A DNA stretch of 51,882 nt from a virus (Duplodnaviria; Heunggongvirae; Uroviricota; Caudoviricetes). The stretch covers positions 64,001-115,882 of the IMG/VR virus record IMGVR_UViG_3300047393_000041. One strand, given 5' to 3'. The notes under the pieces were generated by a model. It was not told the DNA's origin and did no database searches. It was given only the letters and a program-made list of their open reading frames with translations. Both the position numbers and the translations under genes were made by a program. This document shows positions 8,401 through 22,200 of this stretch, piece by piece. Numbering within the stretch: position 1 is the first letter of the stretch; every line of letters starts with the position of its first letter.

Positions 8401-10253
8401 CTATCTACATCTTTAAATTTAGTATTGTATGTTTCTATAATTCCTTGGATCTGTACATTCAACACTTTAGCTTGATATAATAAAGGTCCTATATCTTGTT
8501 TCATTTGCAATTGTCTAATTGCAGAATATAAAGCATTTAATTGTTCAGATTTATTAAGTCTTTCAGATGGTAATACTTTTTGTTCAGAAAGTTTTGCATA
8601 TACATCATTTAATTTATCTAATAATAAATTAATTTTTTTGCTTGCTGCAACATCGTTTTCTATAATAACTTTTTCTCCAGGAGCTGGAACAGGTATTAAA
8701 TAATCTTCTTTAATATTTTTAACATTAACATCTCCTATTATTACATTTAATAAATTAGGAAGTGCTCCTGTTTTTGCATTAGCTTCTGAATAAACAGCTT
8801 TGATAGGAATCATTCTTGTTTGTTCAAAATCTTTATTTTCTACACCATAATTATCTTTAATTATAGTTTTATACTGATTCATTTGTCTATTCCAAGAAGC
8901 AACGTTGTACCAAGGAATATCTTTAAATTTAGCTGTATCAAGTCCGATAAACTTCCAATCTAATATATTAATCTTTCCTGTAGGTGTAATAGCTAAAAAA
9001 TCTACGGTGCCTGCTAAATCTCTTTTAGCATCGTATATTGTAACTTCAGACATGAATATAGTATCTTTAGGAAATGATTCCATACGAGCTCTTAGATTGT
9101 CTCTCAGTAGATGATACATATCATTATTATTTGGATCCCCAAATGATACATGATTATCATTAGCTATAATGTCATTCAGCTCTTCTCTACTTCTTAATTT
9201 ACCACTATCATTAGTAAGAATAGACATAGCATGTTCTGTATCTTTATGTAAAGCAGTTCCTTTATCAGCCTTTAATGTATTAACTGCTTTTTTAAATTCA
9301 GAATCATTTAATGCTTTATCTCTACGTAATATGTCATACCAAGTTTTAGTTATGTTACTAACTCTCCATTTAATTTCTTTACCATCAATAAAATATTTTG
9401 AATCTTCTCCACCAGCATCATTCTTAACTGTATCTAAACTTATTCTATCAGATATTTCTTTTATGCTACTAACTAATTGTTCTTGTCTAGATTTTTGTAA
9501 AAAGAATGCACCTTCTTCTTCTCTAATATCTTCAGCTGTTCCTATATTCTTTCCTGAAATAATATCCATAGACATTTTATCAAATCCACTTTTCATGAAT
9601 AAGTTTTTAAAATAATCTATAATATCATTCCACCATGATTGTGATTTAGCTATAAGCTCTAGTTTTTCAGGGTTGTTTTCATTATTGTTAATTATAGTTT
9701 CAACTAACACTTTAGCAATAGCTTCTTCTTTAAGTTTAATAACATCTGGTTTACCATCTAATTGATATCCTGGATCACTACCATAAGTTTCAAACACTTC
9801 ATTCTTTAATTGATAGTTATTTATTTCACTCATCAATTTTTTATACAACTTAGGGTTGGTTTGTTTAATGATAGCTACAGCAAAGTGCATAGCTTCTTCA
9901 GGAAGAGATTGTGCTTCTGTACCCTCTACTACTTGAATAAGTTTTTGCATAAGCAATGCCACACCATTAGCATCTTGCTTAATACCATTTACTACAATAT
10001 TCTGCATTGATTTTGTATCTACACCAATGCGTTTAATAAAATCTTTTATTAATGCAAGGGTTTGTTTAGAAGCAGTTTGTGGTATAGTTTTTTCTTCTGT
10101 AGATTTTACTATATTTTCTAATGCAGGAAAATTATCTAATCCATTTTCTTCCTGCCACAGAGAAACCTTTGCAGCAAGAATTATTGGATTGATATTAGAT
10201 TGTTCAGCTAATGCTATAAATTCTGGAGAACTTCTATTTACACAATGTGCCAT
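5466..10253 (-). CDS. Large ejected virion protein with a PD-(D/E)xK nuclease-like domain
   Basis: 1595 aa, directly after the vRNAP as in crAss-like three-gene clusters. Motifs GTALHKDTE...SEVTIYD...AGTVDFL...ILDWKF; N-terminal LPEEAMH zincin-like remnant. Confidence 0.65.
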   Translation of the reverse strand: MAHCVNRSSPEFIALAEQSNINPIILAAKVSLWQEENGLDNFPALENIVKSTEEKTIPQTASKQTLALIKDFIKRIGVDTKSMQNIVVNGIKQDANGVALLMQKLIQVVEGTEAQSLPEEAMHFAVAIIKQTNPKLYKKLMSEINNYQLKNEVFETYGSDPGYQLDGKPDVIKLKEEAIAKVLVETIINNNENNPEKLELIAKSQSWWNDIIDYFKNLFMKSGFDKMSMDIISGKNIGTAEDIREEEGAFFLQKSRQEQLVSSIKEISDRISLDTVKNDAGGEDSKYFIDGKEIKWRVSNITKTWYDILRRDKALNDSEFKKAVNTLKADKGTALHKDTEHAMSILTNDSGKLRSREELNDIIANDNHVSFGDPNNNDMYHLLRDNLRARMESFPKDTIFMSEVTIYDAKRDLAGTVDFLAITPTGKINILDWKFIGLDTAKFKDIPWYNVASWNRQMNQYKTIIKDNYGVENKDFEQTRMIPIKAVYSEANAKTGALPNLLNVIIGDVNVKNIKEDYLIPVPAPGEKVIIENDVAASKKINLLLDKLNDVYAKLSEQKVLPSERLNKSEQLNALYSAIRQLQMKQDIGPLLYQAKVLNVQIQGIIETYNTKFKDVDRETLKGDEVEDFTKTMLVAEDALQHYTTLDLDLDFLFEGKTTDEEKALKEELRETAYQSRKLKETLGELFTEFTVDNIGGTEKGEKVVKDIFSKWLGTTSTIQIKSVQDLFKMANAAFGRAGMDTQSEVKKLTELKKSFQTWASNKGLTSKNMFSLIKKKGENELIDQYQNEFYKTLTSKIEAKDFNWIRDNVDVDAYKEYLEEKLKTEYKRIEDKSRVGSEEENYNAVTREQFEAKNLYDISTPKSVGWLLYNDIKNFPVETWESKEWKELHAKDTNGNYINKPALDFYNYIIERNNEYAKIGYIQDKTARTFLPWVRKGFTEKLIFGGNITVGEQFLKSISVDPDEVGFGSFDPISGKIINKIPRYLVSKFEEEASEDLFKTMAMYNEFAIKFQYLSQIENQGRALLRLEQNKKAIATSQFGKTQKDEYGELVYTNDNNENTKLYEDMFKAIVYQQKYIQSEAFDQLLGKFGNFGTTINDKLGFKLLPENLDGRQISINKAITQLNNTFQVTALGLNILSSSSNYFGGTAQGFINAGKYFTKADYASTEMWLLGNKMDGVDKQKILAALEYFIPFTDNYNKQAATHLSLNKLDEQAVQDWLMVMMREGDEAVQRLNFFSFLKNSIVVDGKVVNSREYLKTTEEYKEFYKGTEQERKDRADKFEKDVKTINEKQGVLALSTVENGELIIPGVDRKSDSVIELRRKVQSFTADALGSMTEENKRLMNLNIYGNSFMVFKNWIPRLVDVRMGNIKYNAASDAYEWGRTRMIARFISDDLKGALGNLKNSLMGNDKGMDYIRELYEKKRADYKADTNKELEMTEDEFIDLVRANIKNQLIDVLFYAGLWALFLGMKALAPDDDEDPAVKSQWNFMLKATDKFKDEVGYFYNPGSLTSLVSKGAFPAMGLITNYEKALGGFLKESYALGTGDDDAAEKNQVIKYWMKTNPITNQAAGLLPMFYPSLAKDLGIKMQSQYGIR

Positions 10254-10254
10254 A

Positions 10255-13200
10255 TTAACATTCGTTTATTTTATTTTTTTCTTCTTGAGATAGAGCATCC
10301 CATTCTTCTTGTGTTACTCCTTCAGGTTTTGTAATTGACTCTTTGAATAATTCAATATTTACTCCTGGAATTGCAATTTCTCCTGTACCATCTGTTCTTT
10401 CAAGTCTTGGAGAACCTTCACCTGTTTGACCAGGTTGTCTCAATCCTCTAAATATAAATTTAGTTCCAAGTTTATCATATACTACATCACCATCTTTTAG
10501 TGTAGAATTATCTACTTTAGGTTGTCCAGTCATTTGTGTAGGTGTTTCTGTTGGTAAAGATACAGTTTCTTCTGCAATTTCACCACCATAATAATTAACA
10601 ATATCTCTATCCTCTATTTCTCTTTTAACTGGCATTGTACCATTTTCAATAACAGAAGGTCTAAATGTTGTGTAATATTCTGAAGCCTTAGCACCATCTC
10701 CATAAAGATTAACCATTTTGTATACAGATTGTAAGTTTTCACCTCTATCATCAAATATCCTCAATGGCTCTCCTGATGAAAGCAAAACTCTTTTATATCC
10801 TATTACATCATTTAGAGAATAATCTCCTTTAGAAAGTCTTACAGCATAGTCTCTTTTAGTAACTGTGTTACCTGTTGTTATATCTACTCTTGTACCATCT
10901 TTAAGTTTTGTAACTTTATTTACAGCTACATAATTACTATTCATAGCTTTTTGATTGTACTTATCTGTAATAAGCATAACTTGTCTGTCCATTGTATCAA
11001 GACCTAATCCTTCTAATGTAGGAAATGAATCAGATGTAAATGTTCTATATTCTGAAAATGGATCATCACCTGTTTCTATTTTTTCTTTAAAGAAAGGAAT
11101 CACTCTAGGCATAATTAATTGATCATCAAAATTATTTCTTTCAAAGAATCCTTCGCTAAATGCTTTTAATGATTCTGTTGAAGATATAGAAGTTACAACA
11201 GGAGTTACAATAGCAGAATAATCTTCAATAGGAATAATATTCTTTATAGATATTGCTGATTGATAACTTCCTTGAAGAATAGCAACTGATACAATATCAT
11301 TATATAATTCTTTTGTTTCTTCATTGTAATCTCTAAGCTCTCTCATCATTTCCTGATTTAAGTTTTCACTTTCAGCAGATTTATCGTTAACTCTAAGTTG
11401 AATACTCTTAGCTCCATCTATTCTATCAGATGGAGTAACTTGTAACTCTTTTAGAATTTGAATGAATGGATATCTTATTTTTGCTCTCTCTAACTTAACA
11501 GCAACACATGACTTTGGATTGATAAGTAATGCATATGTTCTATCACTCAGTTCTGTCTTAGTCTGTATAATATAGTCTAAGAAAGCCATTTTAGCTTTAT
11601 TAGAAATTTTATTAAAATTCTCTTGACTCAAATACTTGTTCTTACCATAAACCTTCATTATACTTTCTGTAATAATTCTCAAGTCATCTCTTTCTAAATT
11701 AAATACAGCACTCATTGCTTGCATTGATTTAGACATAAACTTAGATTGTTTACCTATAAAAGTAGAATTAAGTATATTTTCTACAGAAGATATTATGTTT
11801 ACATCTTTGGCTGCTTGTGTTTGCCATTCTTTTCTAGCAAACATATCTCCAGATCCAAATCTACTTGTATCATAATTAGTAGCTTGTGTAAAGCTGAAAT
11901 TATACTCAGCCATTTTAGCATACTTAAGAAATTCAGAAAATATTTTTAACTGTTCTGCATTTCTAGCTTCATCGAATTTTACATCAGAGTAGTAATCAGA
12001 AATATTACTTTCTAAATTATCAAGATTTATTTTACTAGATTTAATAAATGTAACCTTTGATCCAAACTTATCTTTAACTAATTCGATGTTCTTTTTATCA
12101 AATAAGTTAGATGCATTGTTAGCATTTACAATTTTTAAATACTCAGATATAATAGGTTGATTCAAGAAGAAAGCTGTCTGTCTTCCTGCACCTATATTCT
12201 CAAGGAACATGAATGTACCTATAACAAGATCTGATTGTATAATTCTAGTAATAAAGTCATCTTTAGCTACATCCACTACAGCAGTTGCATATCCAGATAA
12301 TCTGTTAGATATTAATTCTGTAGAATCCTTCACTGTAGTTCCTGATAAAGATACAAACTCTTCACCATTAACTATAGTTGTATTATGTTTTAAAGCTATT
12401 GTTCCATCTCCTAATAGCACTTGATCATCTAAAGATACAAGTTGAAATCTTTTAGGATCAATGTACACTTGACTCTTTTGTTTCAATGAAAGGTTTGTAA
12501 TATTAACAGCTACAATACCTACCCATTTTTTACCCATTACAAATGAGTTTCTTAAAGAAGTCATAAAGTTTCTATTAAGAATTCTATTTGGAATACTAGT
12601 CTCATCAGTTTGTCTTAATGTATCTAATTCACCTGCTAATTTTTTTAATCCTGCATCATCAATAGGAGATATAAGTCTATCAAAGTTTTCTGGTAATGTT
12701 ATAAGTTTCTCAAGAGAATCATAGTATTCATTCTCAAGAGAATTTTTATACATCTCTTTAACATATCTATTTCTTAATGTATCATTTAATAATTTAGCAT
12801 TTAACTTGGCTTCTTTACCAGCTAACATTTGAATCTGATCATTAATATAATCTACAGGATCTTTATCAGCAGCATCTGCTTGTGACATAATCTCATTAAT
12901 GATTGCTTCATTTTGATCATAAAAAACTTGTTGTCTTATAGCTCCTACTTCTGAAACAACTCTTGTAGGATCAAGAAAGTTATACAACTCTTCTCTAAAT
13001 GCATCAGAGTCTTTTATCTTTTGTATATCTTTTAAAATAGTTTCATCATATATTCTACTAAAGAATTCTTTTGTAGCTTCTTCAGAACCTAAATATTTAA
13101 CCAACTTGATGTCACCTTTACTATCTACATATACAGATTTAAGATACATGTTTAATTTATCAATATCAAAATCTGATCCTGCTTTAGTAGTAATTTCTGA

Positions 13201-16200
13201 TGGTACAACAACTGTTGCTCCCATGTATTGTGGAAGAAACCCTTTCACTCTAAACACCTCAACAGAAGATAGTGCTTGTGTAGGAATTCTAAATCCAATA
13301 CCAGAAAGAATAGCTTTTCCTTCTGTTGTACCATTAAGATAGTTTAATAATTCTCTATCATTTTTAAATTTACCTTTGAACTTATCTTTAAACCAATGAG
13401 GCATATAAACTTCACACCATTTTTCAGTTCTTGTGTAAAATTTCAATGTATCATCTGTAAGCATAACATTAGCTTTTTGTGCAGTAGTTAATGTAGCATA
13501 TTTCTCTCTTGTTATCTTCTCCCAAATTCCTTTATCATTCTTCATAACAATACTTCTACCTTTAGTAGCAGATTCAAGCATTGTTGCAGGCATCTGTACA
13601 TGTGCTCCTCCAGTCATTTTAGGAGAACCAATAGCTTTATCTATCATAGAATAAAGAATACTTCTAATCTGTGTATAAGAAGGGGATGCTTCAAATGGGA
13701 TAATGAATTGATTTTCTTCATTAAGTTCAAGAGTATCTTTTGAATTATCTGATACTTCTCTTCTTAACATTTCTCTCATTAATGTTTCTGATATAGATGT
13801 ACCATCTTTCATTACAAACTCAGTACCAAGATCTTCTATACCTAAATCAATAAGAAGTTCTTTGTAACCATTAGAATGCATTAAATCAAGAATGTCTTTA
13901 TTTCTATTGTATTCTTTTTCAGCTTCAACACTAGATGCTTCTCCATTATCAAATATATCCATACTAGCTAACTTAGTAAGCTGAGATCCTCTAGTTTGTG
14001 TTTTATTATCACTACTAGCAGTTTCTACTTGTATACCATAAGCTTTCCATGGAACTTGTACAATTGATTCTTCAGAAAAAGCTTCAGTATTAAATGAACC
14101 ATCTCCATTATAAAGACTATGTTTTTCTTGTGTACCCACTTTTCTACCTGATTCAACAATAGCATATCCTATTTGTTGTTTCATCATTTGTATATAAAGT
14201 TTCTCAAGGTTAGTTCCTTTTACCATACTGTAGTAGACAGGTACTTGAGAGAACTTATCTAACACTTGATCAAAATTATTTTTATTAAACTTATTACCTG
14301 TAACAATTGGTTTTAATATTTCAAGTTTATGTTTAGGCATTTTAGTTTCCATCAAAGCTTTATCATGAGCTTCTAGTGCAGAGTTTGAATACTTATATCC
14401 AGGAAGATTTATTCTTGTAAAAGCCATTTGCCATTGAAAGAATTTTTCTTCTGGTCCTTCTAAATCCCATTGTTTATTTTTAAGTTTAACTTCTCTGTGA
14501 GTAGTATCCATCAACCATGATACAGCATCTGCTTCATTATTATCACCAAACAATTTATTGATATTAGCTAAGCTACCTGCTGTAGTAACATCTTTAATAG
14601 TTATAGTGTTAGTATGAGATTTAAATTTATGACCACCTAAGTCTCCAGTCCATGTATTAGTTTTAGCATCATATACATATTCATCTACTTTAATACCATC
14701 AGTTTCATTTGCATTGTTATTTAAGAATGTATTAAACTCAGCAGAATCAAATGTAGTTCTTCTAGGAGATAACCAAGATTTGATACGTTTAGTTTGATCT
14801 AAAGACCCATCTTTCTTAACAGCAAATTGATAAGGATCACCAAATAAAATCTTATGATATTCTATATTAGCAATAATATAATTTACATTAGCAAAATTAA
14901 TTATATCATTAACAGATTTTTCTGTTAATGCATTTTTATTTAATGAATTAGCTTTAGCAAAGTTACCATCTAAATCTAAATACTTAGATGTTTTTTCTCC
15001 CACTACAATTTTCTTGTTTTCTACTAATACATTCTTTGTTCCTACATTCATACCATCAATAAATTCTTTTACAGAATTATTAATAGCACCTATGTTTGTA
15101 TCTATGTATTTTTTAATATCATCTAATGATTCATTATCCTCAATCATTTCATTGATTGCTTCTAATTGCTCATCAGCTAATATATCTTTGAAGAAACGTA
15201 ATTCTTTTGCTTTATCACCAACATTTAATAGTTTTTCTCTAGTTTTATAATCTAAAGCTAAATTAATGTCATCCATCAAGTATCCCTTGAATATAGTATT
15301 AATGTCTGTATATGATCCAGCTGCTATAGAATCAAATGAAACATTGTTACCTATGTTCATCATCCATTCTGTAGATCCATCAGCAGGCATCAATATATAA
15401 TATTTACCATTAAGATTTTGATTAATCTCTAATGTATATCTATCTCCAATTTTTAATTTAGATGTAGAAGTTCCTTTATCAGTATCTTGATTATCTTCTC
15501 CTTGTATATAAGATAATTTGAATTCTTTTATTTGTTTACCATCTTTATCATAAAACAAACCACCCTCTTTCAATACTTGACTACCTGCAGAGAATATATC
15601 ATTAAGTTCAGTTCTTGTTTGTTTTAATTCAGTTACTGTATTTGCTTCATTGAATTCATTTTCAAATATAGATGGAGCATTATTTTCTGAGAATGCACCA
15701 ATACGTTGATTCTCCACACCAAAGTATGTACTTTCTTGTGAAGGGTTATTAACTGTATTATATAATTCAGCTAATCTACTCAATGGTCCATCGATATCAA
15801 GTGTCTTACCTGATATGCTCATCAAATTATTATTACTACCAAAGAATGCATATATACTTTGTACTTGTTCAGTGAAGCCATTCTTACCTGTTTTTTGATA
15901 AGACTTCAGTTTATTATATGTATCAAGGTCAAACTCTATTCCAATAGCATTTAAGAATGCAACCATGTCTTTAGATTTTCTTAAAGGCATTGCTTGAAGA
16001 GCTTCTTGATCTATTGTGTAAGTCTTGTTATTGAAATTAACAATAGTTCCTGTTCCTTTGGCTAGAGTTTTTATATTCTCCATCCAATACTGTTGTGTTT
16101 GTTTATTAGCAGTAAATAGATTAGCTGCACCAGTGTGAACACTATCAATAGATTTGTATTGAATTAATGCATCTGGTTTCTGTCTAGCAAATGTTTGCAT

Positions 16201-19200
16201 GAAATCAATAAACAATCTCCAGTCATTAGCTTTAAACTCACTGAATGGAATCACTTTATCTTTACCACCAATCTTTTGAAATACACTTACATAGTTAGCA
16301 TCATCCTGAGCCAAGTTAAATAACTTATCTGTAAATTTAGAAACACTTGATGAATTAGAAAGTTTATCTAATAACGTAGCAAACGTTCTACTATAGTCCA
16401 TAAGTTTATATCCTTTAATAGGAAATCCTTTTACAGTCATTTCAGAATAACTAGGAGTCGGTGTATTTAATGTAATAGCACTTTCTTGATTAGTAGATTC
16501 TCTTTCAATTTGTGTAGATAATAAAAACTTAACAGCTGGTGTAGCACTCTTTTTACCTTCTACAGTAAATGGATCAGAAACATAATCATTTTTATTTGTT
16601 TCATCATTATTTATATTATGAACTTCTTCTTCATTGAAGTTGATTCCTTGTATTCTTAATTTATCTTTAACTCTTTCTTTAAGTTGTCCCCATGCATTAT
16701 CAGAAAGTAATTGTCTTCTACCTTCTTTAATATACATTTCTTCAACCTTATTAAACATTTCTGTACCAGTAATTCCTTGAGGATTAAATAATAATCCTTT
16801 TTCTCCATCTCTAAATAATATACCAGAAGCTCTAGCTAACATATCTTGTACAAAGTTATTGGCTTGTTGTACAGTTAAGTCTTCTACAGTTCTATATTCA
16901 GGAGCAGAAGTTATTGATTCAGGAGATAATGCTTTTTCTTTAAACTTACCTGCATTAATAGCTTCAAATAATTCTTGTTTTAGAGAAGGTTTATTATTAA
17001 AAGTTTTAAAGAAGTTTAATATTTTATTAAATAATCTACGAACAAATTCTCCTAATGATCTAGCTGGAATTTTACCAAGTCTAAAATCAGAAAAGTCATC
17101 CATTATTCTTTCTTTAGCTTGTAAGTCAGTAGCTTCAAGAAAAGGAATCTTTTTACCTGTTTGTCTATCTGTAAAAAATCCATTTTTATTTTTAAATTCA
17201 TTAAGAAGAGCTTGTCTTTGTTCAGATGTTAATAAACCTTTCCAAACAGCTTCCATAACTTCATGATACTCAGTACCTCTAAGACCTCCTTTAACAAATT
17301 TAGCTACACCATTTTCAAATACACCCCAAGCTTTTTCATTAGGGCTAATTGTAATCATGTGTTCTAAATCTTCCCATGGAATCAAAGGAAGCGTTTCTGC
17401 TGCCCATTCTTTGAATATTTCAAAGTCAGCATCAGTCATTCTATCTTTATCATTTAAACCAACTCTTCTAAAATCTCCACTAGGAAATTCACTAGGAGGA
17501 GTTTCTTCTTCTTTTATCCAAGTAAATTTATTGTCTTCAAAACTTCCTGAAACTCTTTCTCCATTATCTAATATAATAGAATACAATCCTTTTTTAGCTT
17601 TGTTTTCTATTACACTTACTATTTTACCAGTGATGGTTCCTTTATTGAAAGGAGCAACAGCTGTAATCTCTTTACCTATATTTGTTTCCTCAGCTTTAGG
17701 AGCTTCTTGTTGTTTTAATTTTTCAGCTTTTAATGATGCAGCTATTTGCATAGCCATAAAATCTGTAACATATGTTTCTTCTTCTCCTTTTGGAATAGAA
17801 GCATCAAATTTGTCAGCATCCTTTAATGCATTAATTACTACATCTAAAGAATTTGTATCAGCAGCTACAGCTTTTGTTGTTGCATTTCTTTCCACTTCAA
17901 CAATAAAATTACCATCAGCATCTTCTTGTGATGTATATTCTACAGGACCAGCTTTAAACTCAAATGTTTTTGGTGCAGGAGCTTCTTCTTTCTTTTCTTC
18001 TTTTTTTGCAGGAGCAACAATTACTTGTACATTAAAATCATCTGGTTGTGTTATTGTAGAATATCTTTGTTGAAAAGAATAAGGAATTGCTTCTGTAGGC
18101 TTAGCTATAGAAGTGGAAAGAGGTGTATCACCTATTGGTCTAGCTTTACCACTTGGATATGTACTAGATAATAAATATGTTTGGTAGTTTGCCCATTTAC
18201 TTGAAACAAAGTTTCCTTCTTGGTTTATATACCACTCTTCAAAAGGAGCTGATTGTAAATCAGTTAATGTTTTAGTATTAATGCTGTTGAATGTTTTAGC
18301 ATCTGTTAAATGATCAATTATTTCTTTTTTATAATTATCTATTTCAGCTAATTGAAAACTTTTATTACCAAGATTTAAACTCAATGTATTAACATCTATA
18401 CCAATTTGGTTTGGAGATGCTGTATCAGCTTTTGATTTCCAATACAATACATTTTGTAAAAACTTAGTAAATTGTCTATTGAAACTTATTGCTTGTCCTG
18501 TATTAGATTGTTCTACAGTTTGATTAGCAATTCTTCTAATAGTTTCATATATACCTTCTGCTTCTCTATTATTGAAAGATCTATTGTTTAAGAATTGTAA
18601 TGTATCTCCATATTGTAACATAGGTACACCATTAGCAGCTTTTTGTATTTCTCCTCTACTATTAGTTATAGTTTTTTTAGTTGGAATTACAATTAAATTT
18701 GCTTGGTTAGTTATTAATTCTTCTTTGATTAATATACCTCCTACATGATTTTTTTCTTTAATTCCCTCTGCAGTTTTTATTTCAATAGGAATACCACTAG
18801 ATACAAAGAATTCAAATGTAGGAAACTCTGTAGCTCCTGCATTAAATAATTTTGTTCTATACGCTTTCCATGCTGCTGCATAAGCTCTAGCCTCATCTTC
18901 TTGTTCAGATCTATATCTTGGATTACCATTTCTATAGTGTAAAGAAGTGGTGCGCATTGTTTGGAATATAACATCTTTAAGACTATCACCTAAGTCTTCT
19001 CCAACTTTACCAATTATTTTTCCTTCTTTATTTACATAAAATAAACCATCTTTGTTTTGCTCTACAAATACTTGAGCAACAAATCCATTATCTATACTAT
19101 TAACATCTTCTATAGAGTCAACACTGACTGTTGATTCTTTTCCATAAGACATTTGAACCAAACCGTTAAGGTTTAATCCAGCCACTTGTTTAGGTGTTAA

Positions 19201-22200
19201 TAATATAGCTCTTATATTAGATCTATTAGGAAACTCAGCAATGTTATTTAAAAATACTCTAGAGTTTTTAATATGCTGTGCTGATTTTGTAGCATCTTCT
19301 ATTCCTTCAGACTCTGTTGTGCTAGAAAGAAATAATGCTTCAGCATCAATAAGCTTACCTTCTATAAAAGGTTCAGCAGGAATTTGATTACTGGTTGCTA
19401 TAGATCCTGAATCATGTTCTAATTCATTTTGTTGTTTTATTATTTGTTCTTTGTTCTTTTGTAACTTCTCTTGATCTGTTTCAAGTCTTTTATATCCTCT
19501 TAATCTTTTTGGATCAATGTTTAATATATCACCATTTACATCTTCCACCTTAACTGTACCATCATCATTTAAAGCTAATATTTTAACTTTACCTAAATTA
19601 GTATTCTCATCAGTTAAGTCTTTAGATTCTTCAACTGCTTCTTTTCTGGTTTTATAAAAAGATATAGTTCCATCAGGACCTGTTACTTGATATCTATCGT
19701 CAGCAAGTTTCTTAATAGAAGCTTTCTTTGTAGCTCTTATTTCATATTCTCTACCGACTTCTAATTCTTCTTTTTGTTTTTCATCATTGACAAATGTAGA
19801 AGCTGGGAAAACTTCTTCATAATCTATATCAATAGTTTCTTTAGCAATATCTTCTGATTGTTTAAAATATTTATTAAATCCTTCTTCTGTAGAAAGATTA
19901 TCAAATATGTCTGATGTTGTTTTCTTGTGTTGATTTAATTGATTAATTCCTGCACCATAGTTATATAACTCTGTAGCATCCTCAAGACCAACAATATTAT
20001 CTTTTGTACCATCTTGATTATTTAATTCAAAATTCAATAATGAATTAAATGTTTTTAAATCTAGATTTTTATTATTTAATGCAATATTTATTTTTTCAGA
20101 ATAAGTACGTAAAGTTTTTACTTGTTCTCTGATACGTTTTTTATCAGCAGGTGTAGTATATTCAGTAATTGTTTTATTTAATATATTAGCTTGCTCCTCA
20201 TATGATTTAGATAATTCAGATAATGAATCTCTATCTGTAATACTAGATAATGATTCATTGCTTATAAGAGGATTGATATTTGTTACTTTTTCTTGTATAG
20301 AATCAAGTCTTTCATTTACATCATTTTTAATTGTTGAGTAATATGTAAGATCTGTTTTCCAACTTTCAAAAGTGTCATGATTAAAAACTTCTTTTATTTC
20401 TTCAGGAGTTGTTGGATTTACAGAATTAGTAAATGGATTTTTAAATGTATTATTGATAGCATCTGATGTTTTTTTAATATCATTAGCTTGAGTAATTAAT
20501 GAATCTACATAACTGGCTACAGTATTTTTATTAGATGAAGTAAAATCCATTCCAAAAGTTTTTTGGAAATCTTCTTTATCAAGATCTTTTAACATGTTTA
20601 ATTGTTCAATTGTTACATCATGCATTCCTGATGGAATACGTGATTGTATAAAATTAAAGAACATGTCATGTTTAAGATTTTTATAATTAAATACATTTCC
20701 ACTATTAGCAGCATCTTGCATTTCTTTTGCTATACCAATAGAGTTTAATGTATTATCATATTTATTTGAAAGAATACCAGTTAATCCATATCTGTTAAGC
20801 ATATTAACAGCAGAAGTTAAATGAGCATCTCTACCTTCTCCTTTTTTATTATCATGAATTTGTTGAGCTCCTCCTATAAGTAATGCTGTAATACCACCAA
20901 CAATCATGTTGTTCACACCTTCTGTAGTATTAAACTGTTCAGATAATCCATAAGTAGTAGAACTAGTAATTTCTTTTAAATCATCCCAGTTCTTTTTATT
21001 ATTTGGATCACTAAGATTTTTATATTTTCTTGTATAGTAATCATAAGTTCCTCTCTCAGTAGCATATTGTCCTCCTTCTTCATACACACCTTCGGCCAAT
21101 ACATTAGCTAATTTAGGTTTAACAAAGTCCCAAACTTTATCTTTAATCCCTTCTGCAGCTTTTCTTTCAAATGTGTCAAGACTTCCTTCTTTAAGACCCA
21201 CTTTACCAGCTTCGCCTATACCTCTTGTAAGACTTCCTGTAACTCCTTTTTGAGCTGTAGTAAAAGATTTGAATAAGTTATCAAACTGTACAGCATTAGA
21301 TACAGTTAACAATGCCATGTTAATACCAAATCTAGTATTCATAGCATTAGTAGAATAGTCTTCAATTTCTTGAAGAGGTTGTCCTATTGGTTCTTCACCA
21401 AAGTTACTATCTTTATATTGTTGAATTAATTGTTCTTTAATATGTCTGTATCCATCTCTAGCTTCAACACCTGCTTCTGTTTGTGCAGCTCCCCAAGTAA
21501 TGATACCATAACGTGCACCATTTAATACTTTTTCAGCTTGAGCTAAGTTTCCTAACTTTTGAATTTTTAAAAGTTGCTGTTCTGTTTTACCTAAACCTTT
21601 TGCTAAACTTAAAACAGTTTCAATTTTATTAGTTCCTCCTGCAATTTTATTAAACCATAACGCAGCTTTACCAATTTGATTAGCTACTAACGGAAGTTCT
21701 CCTATTCCTCCTGTAACAGCACCAATTGCTACATCTTGTACTGCAGCACCAGCAATAGCACCAGCTGTAAATCCAAGATTTTTAATAATTGATTCTCCCC
21801 AGAAGTTTGCAGAACCTGGAGCAAATGGAATCATTGCTAAATAAGGATGTGCTTTTTCTTCTCTGGTCATATAGTTAGGAAGAACATCTTCCATGTTCTT
21901 TATCCAACTATCTATACCACCTTCATATCCATTTGGATCACCAGCAAGATCAGACATACTACCATTTTTAATGGCTGATATTGTATTAGGAATATCTGTC
22001 ATAGATTGTGCAAATGTACCAACAGCTGTAACTCCAGCTTTAGCAAGACTATGTCCAAGTTTAGTATACCATGATTGTTGTAGTCCATATATATTTTCGA
22101 GATCGGTATCTCGTTCATACATAGGATAACGTTTATTATCTAATAAAGTTTTTGCACTTACAGAACTAAAAGGTTTGTCAAAAGATCTCTGGTCTGGAGC

